In this document: positions 1 through 9,877 of the stretch, in pieces
Position numbering within the stretch: position 1 is the first letter of the stretch
Layout: each line of letters starts with the position of its first letter
Assembly: GCA_964497255.1 (NCBI GenBank)
Contig: CAZCCI010000001.1
Span: 69,751-133,750 of the forward strand
Source of the DNA: an uncultured Staphylococcus sp.
GTDB taxonomy: Bacteria; Bacteroidota; Bacteroidia; Bacteroidales; Muribaculaceae
Length of the DNA: 64,000 nt
Direction: 5' to 3'
Notes under the pieces: generated by a model
What the model saw: only the letters and a program-made list of their open reading frames with translations
The model's database searches: none
What the model was told of the DNA's origin: nothing
Made by a program: the position numbers and the translations under genes

Positions 1-1760
1 TCATAGACTCAGCCAAAGGCTCGGTTATGGCCGTTGCAGAAGCGTTGACAAACATTGTTTCCACTCCGCTCTCAGATGGAATCAAAGGATTGTCGCTCAG
101 TGCAAACTGGATGTGGCCCTGCAAAAACCCCGGAGAAGATGCTGCTCTCTACCGTGCAGTTGAAGCCTGCTCGGATTTTGCTTGCAAACTCGGCGTAAAC
201 ATCCCGACCGGTAAAGACTCGCTCTCGATGACTCAAAAATACGGTGCAGACAAAGTATATGCACCCGGCACAGTCATCATTTCAGCCGCAGGCGAAGTTA
301 GCGACATTCGCAAGACACTCAGCCCGGTTCTTGGGAAACGCAATTCAACGCTCTACTACATCGACTTCTCAGCCGACTCACTCAAACTCGGCGGCTCAGC
401 CCTCGCTCAAACCCAAGGCAAACTCGGATCGGAAGCCCCGACCGTCACCGACCCCGAAATGTTTGTCAAGACGTTTGAAACCGTCCAGAAGCTCGTCAAG
501 CAAGGCAAATTCATGGCTGCTCACGACGTTTCAGCCGGAGGTCTCGTCACCACACTCCTTGAAATGGCATTTGCCAACACTGATGGAGGTATCGAATTTG
601 ACGCAGCCGGCTTTGAAGCCCTCGGAGAGACAGACATTGTCAAAATCCTCTTTGCTGAAAACCCTGCACTCGTCGCACAAGTCGAAAACTCCAAAGTTGC
701 ATCTGTCGACGAAATTCTTGCCAAAGCAGGCATTCGCTTCTGCCACATCGGAGCTCCGACAACCGAACGCACACTCATCATCAACCACGCAGGCACTCAA
801 CGTCTGCTCGGCATCGATTATCTGCGCGACGTTTGGTTCCACACCAGCTACCTCATGGATGCAATCCAAAGCGGAGAAAAATGCGCTCGCAGCCGTTTTG
901 AAAACTACAAGAAGCAACCGATTCGCTACCGTTTCCCCGCAAACTACAACGGCAAACTCGAATCTCGCGGCATCAGCCTTCGTCGCGACGGACACGGCGA
1001 TCGCGTCAAAGCCGCAATCATCCGTGAAAAGGGCGTCAACGGCGACCGTGAAATGGCATACTCACTCTATCTCGCCGGGTTCGATGTGAAAGATGTCCAC
1101 ATGACCGACCTCATGAGCGGACGTGAAAACCTCGAAGATGTCAACATGATTGTCTTCTGCGGCGGCTTCTCCAACTCCGACGTTCTCGGTTCAGCCAAAG
1201 GCTGGGCATCAGGCTTCCTTTGGAATGAAAACGCAATGCGTGCGCTCAAAAACTTCTATGCTCGCGAGGACACCCTTTCGCTCGGCATTTGCAACGGTTG
1301 CCAACTTATGATCGAGCTCAACCTCATTAACCCCGAGCACCCGAAGAAAACTCGTATGCTCCACAACGACAGCCACAAATTCGAGTCGCAGTTCCTCGGC
1401 GTCACCATCCCGGAAAATAAATCCGTGATGTTCGGCTCGCTCTCCGGATGCAAACTCGGCATTTGGGTTGCTCACGGCGAAGGCAAATTCAACCTCCCGA
1501 TGTCGATGAGCGACTACAATGTCGTTGCAAAATACAATTACAGTTCATATCCCGGCAACCCGAACGGCTCTCGTGCATCTGTCGCAGGTATCTGCTCAGC
1601 CGACGGACGTCATCTTGCAATGATGCCCCACCTCGAACGTGCCATCTTCCCGTGGCAGTGTGGCTACTATCCCTCGACTCGCCGTGCCGATCAGGTTACT
1701 CCGTGGATCGACGCCTTTATCAACGCCCGCAAATGGGTCGAAGAGAAGGTCAACAAATAA
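1..1760 (+). CDS. purL: Phosphoribosylformylglycinamidine synthase, C-terminal part (starts before window)
   Basis: GKDSLSM and HDVSAGG AIRS motifs, glutaminase domain CGGFSNSDVLGSAKGW, LGICNGCQL, AHGEG, MMPHLER; frame open to window start. Confidence 0.97.
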   Translation, partial: IDSAKGSVMAVAEALTNIVSTPLSDGIKGLSLSANWMWPCKNPGEDAALYRAVEACSDFACKLGVNIPTGKDSLSMTQKYGADKVYAPGTVIISAAGEVSDIRKTLSPVLGKRNSTLYYIDFSADSLKLGGSALAQTQGKLGSEAPTVTDPEMFVKTFETVQKLVKQGKFMAAHDVSAGGLVTTLLEMAFANTDGGIEFDAAGFEALGETDIVKILFAENPALVAQVENSKVASVDEILAKAGIRFCHIGAPTTERTLIINHAGTQRLLGIDYLRDVWFHTSYLMDAIQSGEKCARSRFENYKKQPIRYRFPANYNGKLESRGISLRRDGHGDRVKAAIIREKGVNGDREMAYSLYLAGFDVKDVHMTDLMSGRENLEDVNMIVFCGGFSNSDVLGSAKGWASGFLWNENAMRALKNFYAREDTLSLGICNGCQLMIELNLINPEHPKKTRMLHNDSHKFESQFLGVTIPENKSVMFGSLSGCKLGIWVAHGEGKFNLPMSMSDYNVVAKYNYSSYPGNPNGSRASVAGICSADGRHLAMMPHLERAIFPWQCGYYPSTRRADQVTPWIDAFINARKWVEEKVNK

Positions 1761-1862
1761 TCCCCCCATCTGAAACACAATCGGAAGTTGTATTGAAACT
1801 CTATTGAATTTCAATACAACTTCCCAAACCACAATCTAATAAACCAAGTAACAACCCCGATT

Positions 1863-2735
1863 ATGAATCTCAACATCATCGTGCTCGCAAAGCAGGTGCC
1901 CGACACCCGCAACGTGGGCAAGGATGCAATGAAAGAGGACGGCACAATCAACCGCGCAGCGTTGCCTGCCATCTTCAATCCGGAAGATCTCAACGCCCTC
2001 GAACAAGCTCTTCGCTTAAAGGACAATCATCCCGGATCGACTGTCACTCTTCTCACTATGGGACTTCCCCGCGCATCTGAAATCATACGCGAAGCCATCT
2101 ACCGCGGCGCCGACAAAGGCATTGTTCTCACAGACCGTGCACTCGGCGGAGCCGACACCCTCGCGACATCCTATTCTCTCGCTCAGGCAGTAAAAAAAAT
2201 CGGCAACTACGACATCATTCTCGGCGGTCGCCAAGCAATCGACGGCGACACCGCTCAAGTCGGCCCGCAGATAGCCGAAAAGCTCGGTATTCCGCAAGTC
2301 ACCTACGCCGAAGAAATCATCGAACTCTCCGACGGACACGTCACTGTCAAACGCCGTCTTGAAAACGGAGTCGAAACCGTCAAAGCTCCGCTTCCATGCG
2401 TGGTTACGGTCAATGGTTCTGCCGCATACTGCCGTCCTCGCAACGCCATGCGCATTCAAAAATATAAATATGCCGCATCGCCGAGCGAAGCTGCCAAACT
2501 CAGCGACGATCGCAAAGCCCTCCTTGAAAAACGCCCCTATCTCAACATTGAAGAATGGAGCGCAGCATTTGTCGAAGCCGATCCCGAACAAATCGGCCTC
2601 CCCGGCTCGCCGACAAAGGTAAAAGCCATCGAAAATGTAGTCTTCACAGCCAAAGATTGCCGAGTTCTGACCGACAACGACGCTGAAATTGAAGAACTCG
2701 TAAAGGAACTCATCACTAACCACACAATCGGATAA
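1863..2735 (+). CDS. etfB: Electron transfer flavoprotein beta subunit
   Basis: KQVPDT, NPEDLNALE, GADTLATS, GRQAIDGDTAQVGPQ motifs. Confidence 0.96.
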   Translation: MNLNIIVLAKQVPDTRNVGKDAMKEDGTINRAALPAIFNPEDLNALEQALRLKDNHPGSTVTLLTMGLPRASEIIREAIYRGADKGIVLTDRALGGADTLATSYSLAQAVKKIGNYDIILGGRQAIDGDTAQVGPQIAEKLGIPQVTYAEEIIELSDGHVTVKRRLENGVETVKAPLPCVVTVNGSAAYCRPRNAMRIQKYKYAASPSEAAKLSDDRKALLEKRPYLNIEEWSAAFVEADPEQIGLPGSPTKVKAIENVVFTAKDCRVLTDNDAEIEELVKELITNHTIG

Positions 2736-2743
2736 AGCGCACT

Positions 2744-3769
2744 ATGGACCAGAATAACTTAATCGTATATCTCGAATTTGAGGACGGTCGCGTAGCCGAC
2801 GTCAGCCTTGAACTCTTGACAAAAGGCCGAGTGCTCGCATCCAAACTCGGTGTAAAACTTGAAGCAATCGTCGTAGGCGACAACCTTGCCGACATCGAAA
2901 ATCAAGTGTTCCCCTACGGCGTCGACCGTCTTTACAAGGTTGCCGACAAACGCTTGTACCCCTACACTTCAAATCCTCATGCAGCCGTTCTCATCAACCT
3001 CTTCCGCGAAATCAAGCCTCAGGCATGTCTCATGGGAGCAACCTGCATCGGACGAGACCTCGGCCCTCGTGTCAGCTCTTGTCTCCACAGCGGTCTGACT
3101 GCCGACTGTACATCTCTCGAAATTGGCGACCACACAGATCCCAAAACCGGCAAAGAATATAAAAATCTCCTTCTTCAAATCCGTCCGGCATTCGGCGGCA
3201 ACATTGTTGCCACGATTGTCAACCCGGAATGTCGTCCGCAGATGGCAACCGTCCGTGAAGGCGTGATGAAGAAAGAAATTTTCGACCCCGCATACAAAGG
3301 AGAAGTCATCGAACTTGATGCCAAGAAATATGTATCAGACTCCGATTTCGTAGTTGAGATCATCGATCGTCACATTGAAAAATCGAAAATCAACATCAAG
3401 AACGCATCGATCATCGTTGCCGGTGGCTACGGCGTAGGTTCGAAAGAAAACTTCCGTCTTCTCCACGAACTTGCCGACACCCTTGGTGCTGAAGTAGGCG
3501 CATCGCGTGCAGCCGTCGACGCCGGCTTCACCGAACATGCTCGTCAAATCGGTCAAACCGGTGTCACCGTCCGTCCGAAACTCTACATCGCTTGCGGAAT
3601 CTCCGGTCAGATACAACATATCGCAGGTATGCAGGACAGCTCTATCATTATCTCAATAAATAATGACCCCTCTGCTCCGATCAACACCATTGCCGACTAT
3701 GTCATCACCGGCAATCTTGAAGAAGTAGTTCCCAAACTAATCAAATACTACAAGAAAAATTCTAAATAA
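2744..3769 (+). CDS. etfA: Electron transfer flavoprotein alpha subunit
   Basis: GLTADCT, RPAFGGN, GASRAAVDAG, QIGQTG, YIACGISGQIQH motifs. Confidence 0.96.
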   Translation: MDQNNLIVYLEFEDGRVADVSLELLTKGRVLASKLGVKLEAIVVGDNLADIENQVFPYGVDRLYKVADKRLYPYTSNPHAAVLINLFREIKPQACLMGATCIGRDLGPRVSSCLHSGLTADCTSLEIGDHTDPKTGKEYKNLLLQIRPAFGGNIVATIVNPECRPQMATVREGVMKKEIFDPAYKGEVIELDAKKYVSDSDFVVEIIDRHIEKSKINIKNASIIVAGGYGVGSKENFRLLHELADTLGAEVGASRAAVDAGFTEHARQIGQTGVTVRPKLYIACGISGQIQHIAGMQDSSIIISINNDPSAPINTIADYVITGNLEEVVPKLIKYYKKNSK

Positions 3770-3778
3770 CCTGAGATA

Positions 3779-5485
3779 ATGGCAAATTTCTATACAGACA
3801 ATCCCGATCTTAAACACCATCTGACCCATCCTTTGATGGAAAAGATCGTGGCATTGAAAGAACGCAACTATACCGATGCCGAAAAGTTTGACTATGCACC
3901 TCTTGACTATGAGGATGCACAGGACAGCTACGACAAAGTACTTGAAATCGTAGGTGAAATCTGTGGAGAAGTCATCGCTCCCAACGCCGAAGACGTCGAC
4001 CACCAAGGGCCGCGCGTTGAAAACGGACGTGTCATCTATGCCGACAAGACCAAAGAAAATCTCGATGCCTGCCGCAAAGCAGGTTTGATGGGCATGGCCA
4101 TGCCTCGTCGCTACGGAGGTCTTAACTTCCCTATCACACCTTATATTATGGCAGCCGACATCGTCAGCCGTGCCGACACCGGGTTTGAAAACCTTTGGGG
4201 GCTCCAAGATTGCGCTGAAACAATCTATGAGTTTGCCGACGAAGAGCAAAAAGCCCAATTCATTCCTCGCGTCTGCAACGGCGAAACAATGTCAATGGAC
4301 CTTACCGAGCCGGATGCCGGATCCGACCTCCAAAGCGTGATGCTCAAAGCAACCGAACAACCCGATGGAACATGGCGACTCAACGGTGTCAAACGCTTCA
4401 TCACCAACGGCGACAGTGACATTCACCTCGTGCTCGCTCGTTCGGAAGCCGGCACAAAAGACGGTCGCGGTCTCTCGATGTTCATCTATGACAAGCGTGA
4501 CGGAGGAGTCAATGTCCGTCGCATCGAAAACAAGATGGGCATCAAAGGCTCTCCCACTTGCGAGCTCACCTACAAGAATGCAAAAGCAGTCCTCTGCGGC
4601 TCTCGCCGTCTCGGCCTTATTAAATATGTGATGGCACTCATGAACGGAGCACGTCTCGGCATCGCAGCTCAAAGTGTCGGTGTCAGCGAGCTCGCCTATC
4701 GCGAAGCCCTTGCATACGCCAAAGACCGCAAACAATTCGGCAAAGCCATCATCGAATTCCCTGCCGTCTACGAAATGCTTTCGGTAATGAAAGCAAAACT
4801 CGACGCATCGCGTTCGTTGCTCTATGCGTGCTCTCGCTATGTCGACATCTACAAGATCTACGACGACATCGCAAAAGAGCGTACCCTCACGCCCGAAGAA
4901 CGCAAAGAGTCAAAGGTTTACAGCCGTCTTGCCGATGCCCTCACACCCCTTGCCAAAGGCATGGGCAGCGAATATTGCAACCAAAATGCCTACGACTGCA
5001 TCCAGATCCACGGCGGTTCGGGCTTCATGAAAGACTATGCTTGCGAACGCCTCTATCGCGACGCTCGCATCACGTCGATCTACGAAGGAACAACCCAGCT
5101 CCAAGTAGTGGCCGCAATCCGCCACGTCACCACCGGCACATATCTCAATCTTATCAAAGAATATGACGCCGAAGAGATCAAGCCCGAACTCATGGCGATC
5201 AAGGCTCGTCTCCAAGCCATGACCGAACGCTATATCCAAGCAGTTGAATCGGTTACGGCTATCAACGACTCGGCTTATGGCGATCTCATGGCTCGTCGAC
5301 TCGTCGAAATGGCAGGTGTCATCACCATGAGCTATCTCTTGCTTCTCGATGCAAACCGCAACGACAGCTTCAAGCGTTCGGCAGAAATATATACCAATCT
5401 TGCGCAAGCAGAAGTGACTAAACATGCCGATTTCATTGCTCGCTTCAATCCGGCAGAAGTTGAACTTTACAAAGTAGCCGAATAA
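3779..5485 (+). CDS. Acyl-CoA dehydrogenase (long Bacteroidales form)
   Basis: MDLTEPDAGSD, NGVKRFITNG, QIHGGSG, IYEGTTQLQ; operonic with ETF. Confidence 0.93.
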   Translation: MANFYTDNPDLKHHLTHPLMEKIVALKERNYTDAEKFDYAPLDYEDAQDSYDKVLEIVGEICGEVIAPNAEDVDHQGPRVENGRVIYADKTKENLDACRKAGLMGMAMPRRYGGLNFPITPYIMAADIVSRADTGFENLWGLQDCAETIYEFADEEQKAQFIPRVCNGETMSMDLTEPDAGSDLQSVMLKATEQPDGTWRLNGVKRFITNGDSDIHLVLARSEAGTKDGRGLSMFIYDKRDGGVNVRRIENKMGIKGSPTCELTYKNAKAVLCGSRRLGLIKYVMALMNGARLGIAAQSVGVSELAYREALAYAKDRKQFGKAIIEFPAVYEMLSVMKAKLDASRSLLYACSRYVDIYKIYDDIAKERTLTPEERKESKVYSRLADALTPLAKGMGSEYCNQNAYDCIQIHGGSGFMKDYACERLYRDARITSIYEGTTQLQVVAAIRHVTTGTYLNLIKEYDAEEIKPELMAIKARLQAMTERYIQAVESVTAINDSAYGDLMARRLVEMAGVITMSYLLLLDANRNDSFKRSAEIYTNLAQAEVTKHADFIARFNPAEVELYKVAE

Positions 5486-5508
5486 TAAAGTTAAATATTC
5501 TTAATTTT

Positions 5509-5552
5509 AGGTCTCCTAACCCCTATTTGAAGGCGTTAGGAGACCTTTTTTT
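5509..5552 (+). terminator. Rho-independent terminator
   Basis: 12-bp stem aggtctcctaac/gttaggagacct followed by T run. Confidence 0.85.
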
Positions 5553-5746
5553 AAAAAAATTTCATTGGCTTGACATTATCGCACCTTTTTGCCCCTATTC
5601 CAATATTATCTTTGCATCGTAATTCTTCAAATAACATTCAAAGCGGTCTCTGTTCGAGCAACCCCGACGATGAAAATTCCGGCTATGGAAATTTTTCTCT
5701 CGTAAATTTTTTTGATGCAAACTGTTGTTTTATATTCAAAATTGAT

Positions 5747-5754
5747 TACTTTTG
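5747..5754 (+). promoter_or_regulatory. Bacteroidetes sigma-A -7 element for gcv operon
   Basis: TACTTTTG fits TAnnTTTG; a second match TATCTTTG at 5607-5614. Confidence 0.55.
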
Positions 5755-5796
5755 CAAAGACTCGACCGACAAATCAATTTTATAATACCTTTGAAA

Positions 5797-6777
5797 ATGG
5801 ATTTAGTCATCTTAAACGAATCTCGCTCACGCCGGCTGACATTCTACCTCGCCGAGGAAGAATATCTCGCCCGAAATTTCACTGACCGTGATTTCTTCTT
5901 TGCGTGGCAAGTCGAACCGTCCGTTATCATTGGTCGAAACCAATTACTCGAAAGAGAAATCAATGTTGAGTTTTGCCGAGAAAACGGGGTCAATATAATC
6001 CGCCGAAAAAGTGGCGGAGGAGCGGTCGTGGCTGATATGAACAACATTATGTTTTCATACGTCACGTCGTCCGACGACGTTTGCTCCACATTCGAGTCAT
6101 ACACGTCGATGATTGCCCGTGCGCTTCAACAGCTTGGACTCGACGCATCAAACAACTCTCGCAACGACATTCTGATAGGCTCTCGCAAAGTTTCGGGAAA
6201 TGCCTACTATCATCTGCCCGGGCGCAGTATAGTCCACGGAACGATGCTCTACGATTACGACCCCGTGCTAATGGCTAACACCTTGCGACCGTCGAAATCC
6301 AAACTTTCATCTCATGGTGTTCAGTCGGCAAGGAGTCGGGTGACAACAATTCGCGAGCACCTGCCGTCGCTGTCAATCGAAGATTTTCTCGCCCACATAC
6401 TTAAATCCGTCGCAGCCGGCAACGAACCGATGGTTCTTACTGCCGATGACATCAAAGCCATCGAAGAAATCGAGCAGGACTACTACGTCCCGGGGTGGTT
6501 TGAAGGAAAGAACCCCAAAGGCACTGTCAATCACAGCGAAAGGCTTGACGGCATCGGAGAAATCGGGGTCTCGATCGAACTTGATAAAGGCTGCATATCG
6601 ACAGTCGAACTAACCGGTGATTTTCTTGAAAACACCGATACACAGGCAGCCCTATTGAAAACACTTAAAGGAGTCGCCTACGAACGCAAAGCCGTGACTG
6701 ACGCATTGAGCGAAATCAACCTCACGGCAATGATTCCCGGGCTGACATCCGAACAATTTATAAACCTTATATTTTAA
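5797..6777 (+). CDS. lplA: Lipoate-protein ligase
   Basis: IIGRNQ, RRKSGGGAV, RNDILIGSRKVSGNA, HGTMLYD; likely start MDLVIL. Confidence 0.9.
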   Translation: MDLVILNESRSRRLTFYLAEEEYLARNFTDRDFFFAWQVEPSVIIGRNQLLEREINVEFCRENGVNIIRRKSGGGAVVADMNNIMFSYVTSSDDVCSTFESYTSMIARALQQLGLDASNNSRNDILIGSRKVSGNAYYHLPGRSIVHGTMLYDYDPVLMANTLRPSKSKLSSHGVQSARSRVTTIREHLPSLSIEDFLAHILKSVAAGNEPMVLTADDIKAIEEIEQDYYVPGWFEGKNPKGTVNHSERLDGIGEIGVSIELDKGCISTVELTGDFLENTDTQAALLKTLKGVAYERKAVTDALSEINLTAMIPGLTSEQFINLIF

Positions 6778-6840
6778 CTCTCAAACACCACACATCTCTA
6801 AATTACTCAAAATTATCACCTTAAAAATACCGACATCCAA

Positions 6841-7938
6841 ATGGAAGAATTAAGAAAGACATGTCTTCACGACAAACACATTGCTCTCGGAGCGCAGATG
6901 AGTCCGTTCGGCGGATTCGATATGCCGATTCAATATGCAGGAATCGTTGAGGAACACAATGCCGTTCGCAACGCTTGCGGAGTTTTCGACGTCTCTCACA
7001 TGGGCGAAGTAATTATCACAGGCGCAGATGCTGAGAAATACGTCAACCACATATTTTCCAACGACATCTCCGGCCTTCACGATGGAGGAATCCTCTACGG
7101 AATGATGCTTAATCCCCAAGGTGGAGTCGTTGACGATCTGCTCGTCTATAAACGTGGCGACAATCATTTTCTGCTCGTCATCAATGCCTCGAACATTGCC
7201 AAAGACGTCGCTTGGATTGAAAATCATACCGAAGGCTTCAACGTCACTATAAATGACCTCAGTGACACTACCGGCGAAGTCGCCATTCAAGGGCCGGAAT
7301 CAGAAAGTGTAATCGAAACGACACTCGGGATTCCGTGCAAAGAGCTGACATTCTATACGTTTAAAGAATTGACTTACAACGGCAAGCCGCTCCTTATCAG
7401 TCGCACAGGCTACACCGGAGAAGACGGGTTTGAAATCTATGCCGATCACGAATCCATTCGCAATATTTGGGACAAGTTCATCGAGTCGGGCAAAGTTGCC
7501 CCCTGCGGACTCGGATGCCGCGACACATTGCGTTTTGAAGTCGGGCTGCCGCTTTACGGCGACGAACTTGACGAAGACATCACCCCCGTCGAAGCCTGCC
7601 TGTCGATGTTTGTCAAACTCGATAAACCGGAGTTCATCGGACGCGACGTCATCTCTCGTCAGAAAGCCGAAGGAGCACCGCGCAAACTCGTCGGGCTCGA
7701 ACTCCTCGACCGCGCCATCCCGCGCCACGGCTACGAAGTGCTCAATGCCGACGATGAAGTCATCGGATATGTGACCACCGGCTACCGTGGCATATCGGTT
7801 GACAAGAGTATCGCCGTCGCCCTCATTGCCACCCCCTACGCCGTCATCGACAGCGAGCTGAAAGTCCGCATCCGTCGCAAGACATTCCCGGCAAAAGTCG
7901 TGGCAAAACGCTTCTACAAAAAATCATACAAGAAATAA
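6841..7938 (+). CDS. gcvT: Glycine cleavage T protein (aminomethyltransferase)
   Basis: FDVSHMGE, SRTGYTGEDGFEI, GLGCRDTLRFEVGLPLYG. Confidence 0.97.
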   Translation: MEELRKTCLHDKHIALGAQMSPFGGFDMPIQYAGIVEEHNAVRNACGVFDVSHMGEVIITGADAEKYVNHIFSNDISGLHDGGILYGMMLNPQGGVVDDLLVYKRGDNHFLLVINASNIAKDVAWIENHTEGFNVTINDLSDTTGEVAIQGPESESVIETTLGIPCKELTFYTFKELTYNGKPLLISRTGYTGEDGFEIYADHESIRNIWDKFIESGKVAPCGLGCRDTLRFEVGLPLYGDELDEDITPVEACLSMFVKLDKPEFIGRDVISRQKAEGAPRKLVGLELLDRAIPRHGYEVLNADDEVIGYVTTGYRGISVDKSIAVALIATPYAVIDSELKVRIRRKTFPAKVVAKRFYKKSYKK

Positions 7939-7990
7939 AATATTCACCTCTAAAATACCATTAAAAATCACCCTTAAAAATTTCACGATT

Positions 7991-8368
7991 ATGAGCAAAA
8001 CATATTATTCAAAGACACACGAATACGTTACAGTTGACGGCAACTTCGGATTCATCGGCATCAGTGACTACGCACAAAACGCCCTCGGCAACGTTGTCTA
8101 TGTCGATATGCCGGAAGTTGACGACGAATTTGAAGCCGGCGAAGAGTTCGGCGCAGTCGAAAGCGTCAAAGCCGCCAGCGACCTCTTTATGCCCGTTGGT
8201 GGAACAGTGGTTGAAGTAAACGAAAATCTCGTCGACAATCCTCGTTTGATTAATGAAGATGCCATTGCCAACTGGATTATCAAAATCGAAATTGCCGATC
8301 CCGCTCAACTCGACGAACTGATGGACGAAGAGGCTTACCGCAGTCATTGCGAAGCCGAAAAGCACTAA
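7991..8368 (+). CDS. gcvH: Glycine cleavage H protein
   Basis: GISDYAQNALG, lipoyl site VESVKAASD. Confidence 0.97.
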   Translation: MSKTYYSKTHEYVTVDGNFGFIGISDYAQNALGNVVYVDMPEVDDEFEAGEEFGAVESVKAASDLFMPVGGTVVEVNENLVDNPRLINEDAIANWIIKIEIADPAQLDELMDEEAYRSHCEAEKH

Positions 8369-8484
8369 TCGGACAAAGTGCCGTCGTCGTTTTGCCATTC
8401 AACATTTGAATAGTCATGACGACGGCTCTTCCCCACCTTCCTATTTCTCGTAACCGGACTATCAACAATCTTTATTCTCAAAAC

Positions 8485-9858
8485 GTGATTCACAGATATT
8501 TTCCACATACAGCGGACGACATTGCCGCTATGCTCGAACGTTGTGGCATGATAAGCCTCGACGAATTGTATAGCGATGTCCCCGACAGCCTCAAATTGAA
8601 ACGCGACTACGACCTGCCGCCTCAAATGAGCGAAAAAGAAGTTCGCGACTATTTTGAAGAACTTGCCGTGCGCAACCAACCTCTGACCTGTTTCGCAGGA
8701 GCCGGATTCTATGACCACTACACGCCCGCTGTTGCCTCGTCAATAGCATCCCGTTCAGAATTTCTGACTGCCTACACCCCTTATCAGCCCGAAATCTCCC
8801 AAGGCACGCTTCAATACATCTTTGAATATCAATCAATGATGGCTGATCTGACCGGAATGGAAGTTTCAAATGCTTCTATGTATGACGGCACTACTGCTGT
8901 CGCCGAAGCCATGCTTATGGCTGTCAGCCATGCACGCAAAAAGAATCGGGTATTGGTATCCGCTACAATTAATCCGATTTATCGCGAAGTCATCGACACC
9001 TATGCCCACTATCACGGTGTAAACGTTGACACTATACCCGAAACCAACGGCATAACTGATCTTGAAACACTCCGCACAATGCTTGCCGACGGCGACGTTG
9101 CCGGTGTAATAGTCGCCACTCCGAACTTCTACGGCATTTTGGAAGACTACACAGGCCTTGCCGACATGGTTCACGACGCAAAGGCATTGCTGATCATGAC
9201 AGCTCCGGCTTCGACTCTCGGAGTGATTCGCACTCCCGGCGAATGGGGAGCGGACATTGCCGCCGGCGAAGCCCAATCGCTCGGAATGCCTCTAAATTTC
9301 GGGGGGCCGTATCTCGGCTACATCTGCTGCACTCGCCAACTCATCCGCAAACTTCCGGGACGCATCGTCGGCGCAACAACCGACGCCGACGGACAGAGAG
9401 TCTTTGTCCTCACCCTACAAGCTCGCGAGCAACACATTCGTCGCGACAAAGCCACATCAAACATTTGTTCCAATCAAGGTCTGATGGCTCTCTATGCCGC
9501 AGTCTATCTATCGCTGATGGGAGCAAAAGGATTGCGTGAAGTCAACGAACTGTCGGCCGCCGGAACCCACGAACTGGCATCGCGTTTGGTCGAAAGCGGC
9601 GCTTTCGAGATGAAATATCCCAACCGTCCGTTCCTCAACGAATTTGTGGTTCGATTCAAAGGCGAGGTCAAACTCGCTGATTTCGTTGAAGTTTGTCACT
9701 CTTGCGGATGTCTGCCCGGAGTTATGATTTCCGACAACGAGCTGCTCGTCTGTGTCACTGAAAACCGCACGAAAGAAGAAATCGACCGCTACGTTTGGCG
9801 AGCTGAAACATTTTCAAAAGCAACGCCCGCAGCCCCCAATGCAAATATGTCAAACTGA
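8485..9858 (+). CDS. gcvPA: Glycine dehydrogenase subunit 1
   Basis: FAGAGFYDH, TAYTPYQPEISQG, NASMYDG, REQHIRRDKATSNICSNQ; likely GTG start at 8485. Confidence 0.95.
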   Translation: MIHRYFPHTADDIAAMLERCGMISLDELYSDVPDSLKLKRDYDLPPQMSEKEVRDYFEELAVRNQPLTCFAGAGFYDHYTPAVASSIASRSEFLTAYTPYQPEISQGTLQYIFEYQSMMADLTGMEVSNASMYDGTTAVAEAMLMAVSHARKKNRVLVSATINPIYREVIDTYAHYHGVNVDTIPETNGITDLETLRTMLADGDVAGVIVATPNFYGILEDYTGLADMVHDAKALLIMTAPASTLGVIRTPGEWGADIAAGEAQSLGMPLNFGGPYLGYICCTRQLIRKLPGRIVGATTDADGQRVFVLTLQAREQHIRRDKATSNICSNQGLMALYAAVYLSLMGAKGLREVNELSAAGTHELASRLVESGAFEMKYPNRPFLNEFVVRFKGEVKLADFVEVCHSCGCLPGVMISDNELLVCVTENRTKEEIDRYVWRAETFSKATPAAPNANMSN

Positions 9859-9877
9859 TTAGATGTCCCTGAAAATT

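Noticed and set aside
5560-5796. Possible glycine riboswitch upstream of the gcv operon
   Set aside because: There is a hairpin near 5660-5705, but I found no GGAGA/GAAGG/CTCAGG aptamer core; only promoter-like motifs are supported.
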